DNA of 64,000 nucleotides from an uncultured Gammaproteobacteria bacterium (GTDB lineage Bacteria; Patescibacteriota; Patescibacteriia; 2-01-FULL-39-33). Both the position numbers and the translations under genes were made by a program. Below are positions 57,294-64,000 of the stretch, one piece after another. The stretch covers positions 28,001 through 92,000 of the forward strand of contig CAZLFP010000004.1 in NCBI GenBank assembly GCA_964558935.1, read 5' to 3'. Each line of letters opens with the position of its first letter. Within the stretch, counting starts at the first letter, position 1. Below the pieces are notes generated by a model. The model ran no database searches and was not told the origin of the DNA. It saw only the letters and a program-made list of their open reading frames with translations.

Positions 57294-58418
57294 ATGTCAA
57301 ATAAACTGCTCTACATCGTAACTCAATCTGATTCAGGCGGCGCCCAAAAGTATGTTTATGATTTAGCCACTTCTTCACAGGCTCAAAATTACGATCTAAC
57401 AGTCGCCTATGGCATAGATGGAGATAAGGTCTTAGCCCAACAATTGGAGTCTAAAAACATCCCACAGATTGAAATTAAAAATCTGGTCAGAGCCATTTGC
57501 CCGCTTAAAGATATCCAAGCGGTGTTTGAGCTTAAAAAGCTATATTCCTCACTTGAACCAAATGTTATTCACTTAAACAGCACTAAAGCGGGTGTTGTCG
57601 GCTCTTTGGCCTATTCTCTCATGAATAAGGAGTATAAACAAAAAACCAAACTAATCTATACCTGCCACGGTTGGGTCTTTAATGAGTCGCTTTCGTTTTT
57701 AAAAAAGAAACTCTTTACCTATCTGGAAAAAGTGACTGCCAAACCGAAAGACAAGATTCTGTGCGTTTCAGATTACGACAGACGCATTGGTTTGGATTAT
57801 CAGATTGCCAAACCAGATACACTGGTCACGGTGCATAATGGCATAGATACTAACCAATCGTTCCTGAGTAAGCAACAAGCCAGAGAGGCATTAAACCTAC
57901 CTCAAGACACATGTATAATTGGCAGTATTGGCAACTTTTACGCCAATAAAGGCTTTACATATTTGATTGAAGCAGCCAGTAGGTTAGATAATTGCCTCTT
58001 GGTCATCATTGGTGATGGCAGTTTACGACCCGACTTGGAAGACCAAATCAGAAAAAACAAGCTTCAAGATAAAGTCAGACTTTTAGGCAAAAAAGAACGC
58101 GCCTCGCAATATCTGAAAGCTTTTGATATCTATATCTGCTCCTCAATTAAAGAGGGTCTTTCTTACACACTCCTGGAAGCGAGTTTGGCCGGACTTCCAA
58201 TAATTGCGACTCAAGTGGGAGGCAATCCGGAAATTGTCATCAACCAAAAAACTGGCATTATAATACCAGTTAAAGACACCCAAGCGATGGTTAATAGCAT
58301 CCAATTACTGAAAGATAATTTAGAGCTCAGACACACCTTAGGCAAGCAGGCCAGACAACACGTCTTAGACCACTTTTCCCTGTCAGCCATGATTGAAAAA
58401 ACCTTTCAACACTATTGA
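57294..58418 (+). CDS. Glycosyltransferase family 4
   Basis: GGAQ, HLNSTKAG, HNGI, KEGLSYTLLEA. Confidence 0.9.
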   Translation: MSNKLLYIVTQSDSGGAQKYVYDLATSSQAQNYDLTVAYGIDGDKVLAQQLESKNIPQIEIKNLVRAICPLKDIQAVFELKKLYSSLEPNVIHLNSTKAGVVGSLAYSLMNKEYKQKTKLIYTCHGWVFNESLSFLKKKLFTYLEKVTAKPKDKILCVSDYDRRIGLDYQIAKPDTLVTVHNGIDTNQSFLSKQQAREALNLPQDTCIIGSIGNFYANKGFTYLIEAASRLDNCLLVIIGDGSLRPDLEDQIRKNKLQDKVRLLGKKERASQYLKAFDIYICSSIKEGLSYTLLEASLAGLPIIATQVGGNPEIVINQKTGIIIPVKDTQAMVNSIQLLKDNLELRHTLGKQARQHVLDHFSLSAMIEKTFQHY

Positions 58419-60499
58419 TCGGCTTCTTCAATCTGAGTCATAATATTGGCGTACCACTCTTGTCTACCGGGTGAGGCCTCAATAACTCGAGCTGCAGTTT
58501 CCCTGGCTTGGTCGAAATTCTCAGCCAACATATATGAGGTGGCTAGATTTTGCATGAAATCGATATTCGCCGGATTCAAGTTAGAAGCTTGCTTAAAATA
58601 TTCCAAACTCTTTTCTCTTGCTTCCTGTGCCAAATCACCTTGTTTTTGGTAACCGTAATAGTCACTCAGACGTAAATAGGTATCTCCCATTTCAATATAG
58701 AATTGTTGACGATTGGGGCTGTATTGAATGGCTTGGTCAAATATTTCAATATTTTTTTGCAGCCTTTCGGGATTGAACATAGCCGCATGATTGTTAAAAC
58801 TTAGTAGCATAATGTAATTCATGGCACTGTGATCATTATCCTTTAACTGCTCAGCCAATTTCAATTCAACATCCTGGGCAAACACAGTCATGCCCTGGAC
58901 TATCTGAGGATCGCTAAATTTACCGCTTTTGGCAAATTGGTCCATCACATCCATAAAAAAAGTGTAATACTGCTTGCGGTATTCTTCATTGCCCATAGTT
59001 TCCATGGCAAAAACCTGGTCAAACATCAACATTCTCTTGTCCAACGGCACGTCATTTGCCGCTAGTGCTTTGACTAAATTCAAATTAGCCTGAACCGGGC
59101 GAATGTTAAAAGTATACATCATGGGCAAAATTAGTATCAGATAGATAATCAATAACACCGTTTGAGTGGTTTTTTCTTGTACAGCGAATTTGGTACTGGA
59201 ATACATACTGGCAAAACCAATAACTAAAAACAAAGGTATATAAGTCACCAGGGCTTCAAAAATAAACAAGTTTTGGATGAAATAAGCCAGGATTATCAAT
59301 GAAATAATCATTGGCGTTAAATATTTATTCTTCTGCTCCAATTTCCAATACTTTTTCCAAATCAGATAAACCGGCACCAGCAAAAAGGCTAAATAAGTCA
59401 ACAAACCAACCAAACCGCCGGTAACCAAACGATCAAAAATAAGATTATGCGCTCGGTCAAACCAAACCACGGAGTGTGCCTTGCGATGAATCTCAGGCTT
59501 AAAATACTTGTCAAAAACCTGGTAAAAGTTTTCTTGTCCCCAACCTAAAAGCGGCCTGTCCAAAAAACCTTGCCAGGATGACTGCCAGGTCAGTAAACGA
59601 TTACTGGCCGTGACATCTGTTAAAGAGATTGAAGTCAGACGAGATAAAATGGGGTTACTTTTGACAAAAGACGCCTCTTTATTGCTCCAAATATATACGG
59701 GAAAGAGAAGCGAAATAACAATAACGGCTACACCCAGATAACTGGCATGTTTGCGATTAAAAATCGAATTGCCACTGAGATCTTTCAGGTAATAGAATAA
59801 GAAGTAGATGATGAAAATAAAAGCGGATATACCCAAGGCAATGATGCCACCGCGGGTGTAAGTTAAAACAGTGATAAAAATCTGAAGCGCTATAGCCGGC
59901 AAATAATACAACATCAACTTGATATTGCGGTTAAGTGCCAAGAACAGACCAATGTAAATGGCAAAAATCAAATAGCCTGCCATATATCCGGCATTGCCCA
60001 AAGTACCGGCCAGCCTGGATCCGCCACTTGATGCCATGACAATCGGTAAATTTAAATACTGAGCCAGAGCATATAAAGCAACGCAAAGACTGGCGGCAAA
60101 AAAGATATCAAACATCCATAACCACTCCCGCTTGCTTCTTAGGAAATTGGTTAGGATTAAGAAGAAAAGAAACAGATGAATGAGTAATAACAGCCCTTCA
60201 CTTCTTTCGTTGTTACTCCAAAAACTGCGTAGAAAATCATCACCCAATAAACTGGAAATTAAGCTGATAAATAGATAGGCTAATAAGATTAAACTAATGG
60301 TGTTGAATTTGAGCTTGTAATCACGACTGACAACCGTCAACCACAAAAAAGCCAAAAAAATTAGTTCCACCGTGACTCTAAAAACCAGAGTTTTGCCCAC
60401 AATAAAGGGAAAGTACATTTTCTCGGCAATGTATAGACTGCAAGCAAAGCAAATCACAATGAAACCCAGCCAGATGATTGTTTTTAAGACTTTTTCCAT
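58412..60499 (-). CDS. O-antigen ligase/O-oligosaccharyltransferase family protein with C-terminal TPR
   Basis: GTLGN, TYTRG, R...W, GWGQENF, DRAHN; TPR-like tail; start reassigned to MEKVLK. Confidence 0.88.
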   Translation of the reverse strand: MEKVLKTIIWLGFIVICFACSLYIAEKMYFPFIVGKTLVFRVTVELIFLAFLWLTVVSRDYKLKFNTISLILLAYLFISLISSLLGDDFLRSFWSNNERSEGLLLLIHLFLFFLILTNFLRSKREWLWMFDIFFAASLCVALYALAQYLNLPIVMASSGGSRLAGTLGNAGYMAGYLIFAIYIGLFLALNRNIKLMLYYLPAIALQIFITVLTYTRGGIIALGISAFIFIIYFLFYYLKDLSGNSIFNRKHASYLGVAVIVISLLFPVYIWSNKEASFVKSNPILSRLTSISLTDVTASNRLLTWQSSWQGFLDRPLLGWGQENFYQVFDKYFKPEIHRKAHSVVWFDRAHNLIFDRLVTGGLVGLLTYLAFLLVPVYLIWKKYWKLEQKNKYLTPMIISLIILAYFIQNLFIFEALVTYIPLFLVIGFASMYSSTKFAVQEKTTQTVLLIIYLILILPMMYTFNIRPVQANLNLVKALAANDVPLDKRMLMFDQVFAMETMGNEEYRKQYYTFFMDVMDQFAKSGKFSDPQIVQGMTVFAQDVELKLAEQLKDNDHSAMNYIMLLSFNNHAAMFNPERLQKNIEIFDQAIQYSPNRQQFYIEMGDTYLRLSDYYGYQKQGDLAQEAREKSLEYFKQASNLNPANIDFMQNLATSYMLAENFDQARETAARVIEASPGRQEWYANIMTQIEEADQ

Positions 60500-60505
60500 G
60501 TACCC

Positions 60506-60534
60506 ATCATAACAGAAATAGCGATTAAAATCAA
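60506..60534 (-). promoter_or_regulatory. Promoter of the ligase gene (probably leaderless)
   Basis: TTGATT-17 nt-TATGAT with extended -10 TG, then 6 nt to the ATG at 60499. Confidence 0.65.
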
Positions 60535-60562
60535 ACCCCGCTCCCATAAGAGAGCGGGGTTT
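60527..60562 (-). terminator. Intrinsic terminator of the S-layer-like gene
   Basis: 11-bp stem AAACCCCGCTC/GAGCGGGGTTT, extended by a G-U pair on the minus strand, followed by GATTTT. Confidence 0.8.
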
Positions 60563-60565
60563 TAG

Positions 60566-60585
60566 CAATCTGAAAATTCAGATTG
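60566..60585. repeat. 9-bp inverted repeat with 2-nt spacer
   Basis: CAATCTGAA-AA-TTCAGATTG. Confidence 0.7.
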
Positions 60586-60607
60586 TATCTAGTAGACTAA
60601 CTGGGAA

Positions 60608-63600
60608 TTAGTAAGACTTAGATAGAGCTGATCCGAATACATCATATGAGTCAGATGCGGTATATGGAACAGTATTTTCAGTACTATCAATTGGTGTGTA
60701 ATGGTAACCAATAGCATCAGCAGTATTGGTAGTACCCCAGGAAGTATCACCGTCAGCACCACCAGTATCTAAAGCATTGAATTGAGTAGTACCGTTAATA
60801 GCACCACTTAAAGTCACTGTCTTCTGAGAAGCACCAACACCTGCGTACAATGTATTAGCACTCACAGTCAATGTTCTTGACTCGCCTGGTTCGATTTCGA
60901 AGTTATCCAATACGCTGCCAACATCATTAGTACTGTTAAAGACTGCGTCAACGGTAGCGCGTGTTGAAGATACACGACCAACATCTGCGTTATCGGCAAA
61001 CTCAGCTAACAGAGTACCGCCTTCCCACAACTTGAAGTTATAAACATAACCATCTGTGCCAAAACCGGTACCGGTTATGGTAGTAGTTACGCTAGATAAT
61101 CTCATAGATCTATTACCATTGTTGGTAACAGTAAACTTGAAGATATTAGCGGTGGCACTAATTTGGTAAGTAGTACCCAAAGAAACTTCAGCTACGGTTG
61201 GAGCAGCGTTGTGATACAAGCTCATGGTTGAAGTTGCAAAGTATTCATTGGTGGTATTGTCTCCAGCGGTCGCATCAATTTGAGATGTACTTAAGGAGTT
61301 ACCGGATGAATCTTTAGCTTGCAAATAAGTCGAGCTGTCGCTTAACACAACGAAAGCGTTCTTAGAAGCAACATCAATTTGGTCGTTAATCACGGCTTTT
61401 AAGACTAAGTACTTGGTATCATTGGCATCAACGGTCCAGTCAAATCCATCAAAAGTAAGTCGGCCGGCGATATAAGTCGCGTCGTCAATTGGGTTTGACA
61501 TATCATCTGCATCAAATAATTCAAAACCACCAAAGTTAGAAGCGGTTGTATCGTTGGCACCGGTTTCGGTTCGGCTGAAGAAAGACAATCGGCTAAAAGT
61601 AACATCGTCACCAGTAGCTTCAACTTTCCACTTACCAACCTGTTCGAGGTCTGAACCAGCTAATTTAATCTCAGATTGAGTGGTAGTGTCGTTTGCAGCA
61701 CTAATAACTACGTTAGCGCTACCAATTGCAATCGTTTGACCATTTTGTGGGTCATTACTGACTGATGTGGAATTACCGCTTTCATCACCGGAATAGGTCC
61801 AACCTTGCATTTCTACATTACAACCAGTTTTGTCATCAGCACCGGCTAAGACATAAGCCCAGACTTCAACCTTGGTTGATTCATTCTTGTCCAATTCAAT
61901 ATTAACAGAGAATGAGTTGGAAGAAGTGGCAACTGTGCTGATAGTATCACCAAACTGAGTATTCTTGCCTCCATCCCACAATTCCATATTCTGGATATCA
62001 GAACCATTACCACTGAAATTGCCCTCAATGTCAACAGTTAAATTGCTAACTGTAACCGGTTCGGCATTGCCAGCAGCTACGATAAACTGACCAATTTTCT
62101 GGCTAGAACCTTTAGCAACGGTAGAATTTGGGAAAGCTGTATCCTTAACGACTGTTAAATTAACAGTTTCAACAGTTAAAACATTACCAGAAGCACCAGT
62201 GTATGAAGTAGATGGTAGATTATCTGCAAAATCCAAAGTGGATTTTCTCTTAGCATAGAAATTACCGATAGATGCTTGGTAAGTATCACCGTTAGCGTTA
62301 GCATCGATATCAGCAATCACTTCAACTAAAGCAGTCTCACCTGATTCAATGGTGTAATATGATGACAGAGTGAATTGTTCACCCAGACCATATACAGCAC
62401 CGGCAGTAGCGCCGGGAGTTGCACCAGAATCATAAGTAGCAGACGTGGTTAAAACAGTTTCACCGTCAATCTTGACGATCAAATTACCGGCTAAATCAGT
62501 TGTACCGGCAGTAGTCGCAATCTTAAGACCAATCTTTCTGATTTCCATATCTTCACCTACTGCTTTAACATCAAACTTACCGATAACTAAGTCATCAGCA
62601 CCGGCTGCAACATTGCCAGATAAAGAAGCACTGGCTTTGCTCAAGTTCAAAGTACCTGATTTCATTTTCCAATAACCATTGGTTGAGGTCTCAGCACTCC
62701 AAGAACCGCCGTCTGTATCAGTAGGAGTCAGGTAATAACCCTGGTCCTTATCCTTAATCATGATGTCATATTCACTCTGGATGTTAACTCGGAAGTAGTT
62801 ACCTGATCCGTCTTCAATAACACCTTTTAAGGTTAAAGTTCGGTTGTTGCTTGAACCGATGGTATATGGAGTATCCAATACGATGGTAGCATAACGATCA
62901 TAAATATAATCAGTAGAACCTAATAAAGTGTTGTCAGGAGCATATAAAGATAGCATACCGACATCACCGTCTTTGGCTGTACCTTCAAAGAAGAAAGTAA
63001 CCTTGTCTAACTGAATATCATTCTTACCTGAACTCTCAGTGATTTTGAATTTGTAAATTTCCTTCTCATCACCGATCTCAACATTGGCTGAATCGGTTGA
63101 AGCATTATTACCACCAACAGCCTGAGCTGCTACAGTGGCGGTAGATAATGAAGAAGAACCGTCTTGAACACTGAAAGTGTTACCAGCAATTGGATAGCTG
63201 GCCATGGTATCGCTAGCATTGGAATCAACATCAACAATGCTGGCACCAACTGTACCGCCGTTAGCATCTGCTCCAATATTGAAAGCGACTAACAAGGTTT
63301 CAGTTGAATTGGCATCAACTGGAATTGGGTAAGAACCAAAACCAATTGTAACTTCGTTATTGCTGTTGAAAGAAGTCATGACATCACCATGTCTGTTACC
63401 GTCTGCATCCCAAACACTCACGCCAGTCACATTGGAATTGGCGATCAAACCGGTTCTCTTAATAGTCACGCCTTCAACATCAATCGCTTCGCCTGAAGCG
63501 GATAAATTGACTTTAAGCATTGGTTGGTATGCAATGCCATCAGCAATGGTAGTAGCTGCTGGAGTATCTGAAGCTAAAGTTACGCTTAAAGTACCTGAAG

Positions 63601-64000
63601 ACATATCTCCACCTTCTTCGTCGAACATGGGTTTGGCAATAGCTGCTTCTTCGCCAGTGATAGACTCACCGGAATCATAAGTCATTGAAGTTGGAACAGT
63701 GACAACTGCGGTGTCTTTGAAGCTATTAGCGACAAAGCCTTCGTCAGTTACCATTCTCTTCATGCCGTCTTCAATATAATAAACATCATCAGATCCTTCG
63801 TATTTAATCAAAGAACCGTCAGGTAGATTTGAATCAGCAGTTAAAGTACCGCCAGTCTTTGAGTAATTGTTTTCAAAACCGTTTTGAATAGTAATTACTC
63901 TGTCTTGCCAGTCATCACCATATAAAGCGATGGCAGCATCCTCATCCTCAAGATGAGCTAAAACATTACCTGGTAAAACAGCATAAGTCTTAGGACTGTT
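60608..64000 (-). CDS. Large S-layer-like cell-surface protein (5' end outside the window)
   Basis: Frame stays open from 63811 to 64000; Thr/Ser/Gly/Asp-rich repeated beta-sandwich-like domains; strong terminator downstream. Confidence 0.8.
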   Translation of the reverse strand, partial: NSPKTYAVLPGNVLAHLEDEDAAIALYGDDWQDRVITIQNGFENNYSKTGGTLTADSNLPDGSLIKYEGSDDVYYIEDGMKRMVTDEGFVANSFKDTAVVTVPTSMTYDSGESITGEEAAIAKPMFDEEGGDMSSGTLSVTLASDTPAATTIADGIAYQPMLKVNLSASGEAIDVEGVTIKRTGLIANSNVTGVSVWDADGNRHGDVMTSFNSNNEVTIGFGSYPIPVDANSTETLLVAFNIGADANGGTVGASIVDVDSNASDTMASYPIAGNTFSVQDGSSSLSTATVAAQAVGGNNASTDSANVEIGDEKEIYKFKITESSGKNDIQLDKVTFFFEGTAKDGDVGMLSLYAPDNTLLGSTDYIYDRYATIVLDTPYTIGSSNNRTLTLKGVIEDGSGNYFRVNIQSEYDIMIKDKDQGYYLTPTDTDGGSWSAETSTNGYWKMKSGTLNLSKASASLSGNVAAGADDLVIGKFDVKAVGEDMEIRKIGLKIATTAGTTDLAGNLIVKIDGETVLTTSATYDSGATPGATAGAVYGLGEQFTLSSYYTIESGETALVEVIADIDANANGDTYQASIGNFYAKRKSTLDFADNLPSTSYTGASGNVLTVETVNLTVVKDTAFPNSTVAKGSSQKIGQFIVAAGNAEPVTVSNLTVDIEGNFSGNGSDIQNMELWDGGKNTQFGDTISTVATSSNSFSVNIELDKNESTKVEVWAYVLAGADDKTGCNVEMQGWTYSGDESGNSTSVSNDPQNGQTIAIGSANVVISAANDTTTQSEIKLAGSDLEQVGKWKVEATGDDVTFSRLSFFSRTETGANDTTASNFGGFELFDADDMSNPIDDATYIAGRLTFDGFDWTVDANDTKYLVLKAVINDQIDVASKNAFVVLSDSSTYLQAKDSSGNSLSTSQIDATAGDNTTNEYFATSTMSLYHNAAPTVAEVSLGTTYQISATANIFKFTVTNNGNRSMRLSSVTTTITGTGFGTDGYVYNFKLWEGGTLLAEFADNADVGRVSSTRATVDAVFNSTNDVGSVLDNFEIEPGESRTLTVSANTLYAGVGASQKTVTLSGAINGTTQFNALDTGGADGDTSWGTTNTADAIGYHYTPIDSTENTVPYTASDSYDVFGSALSKSY

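Noticed and set aside
144-63680. Many 60-146 aa ORFs in the track overlapping long genes (e.g. 7532-7909 +, 14567-14890 +, 19191-19631 -, 21587-21958 +, 39389-39733 -, 63360-63680 +)
   Set aside because: Antisense or alternate-frame shadows of well-supported genes, with no motifs or start signals
1-64000. Alternative genetic code (UGA=Gly) as in some CPR lineages
   Set aside because: Genes are full length in code 11 and TGA serves as a stop in ATGA overlaps (e.g. 17036-17039, 28659-28662)
1-64000. CRISPR arrays, tRNA/rRNA genes, IS elements, prophage genes
   Set aside because: No spaced direct repeats, cloverleaf or rRNA-like stretches, transposase or phage genes recognised; intergenic gaps are very short

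Overview
Gene-dense bacterial window, almost entirely on the minus strand, standard genetic code, with tightly coupled gene junctions (TAAT-ATG, ATGA) and few Shine-Dalgarno motifs. Gene content and style suggest a Patescibacteria/CPR (Parcubacteria-like) genome; this is inference. Layout: (1) 0.1-3.4 kb GT2 glycosyltransferases. (2) 3.5-14.2 kb transcription unit aspS - [NiFe]-hydrogenase large subunit - small membrane ORF - truncated hypA - pgk - BI-1/YccA - SIMPL - eno - gpmI x2. (3) 14.3-21.4 kb operon bounded by a promoter and a terminator, with group 3b-type hydrogenase beta, gamma and delta subunits, two 7TM-PAS sensors with no output domain, hypC, an EamA/DMT transporter and a DUF6390-like protein. 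(4) 21.4-27.5 kb galU, AlkD-like, GT-C, lipoprotein, apt, mtnP, rmuC and two zinc-ribbon microproteins. (5) 27.5-60.5 kb large surface-glycan locus with many GT2/GT4, a sulfotransferase, GtrA, a priming transferase, Wzx, LicC-like and TagF-like enzymes, an AsnB-like amidotransferase, methyltransferases, a B12 radical SAM, Ugd-like and an O-antigen-ligase/TPR protein, plus two internally deleted gene relics. (6) 60.6-64 kb 3' part of a large S-layer-like protein. Best candidate for an undescribed system: a non-canonical hydrogenase maturation/sensing module. The DUF6390-like protein ends in a HypC-like domain retaining Cys and His, the free HypC has lost its His, HypA lacks its Zn domain, the large subunit has no cleavable tail, and no hypB/D/E/F or maturation protease is in the window. 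No rRNA, tRNA, CRISPR array or transposase was recognised. All calls are from motif reading; no searches were run.
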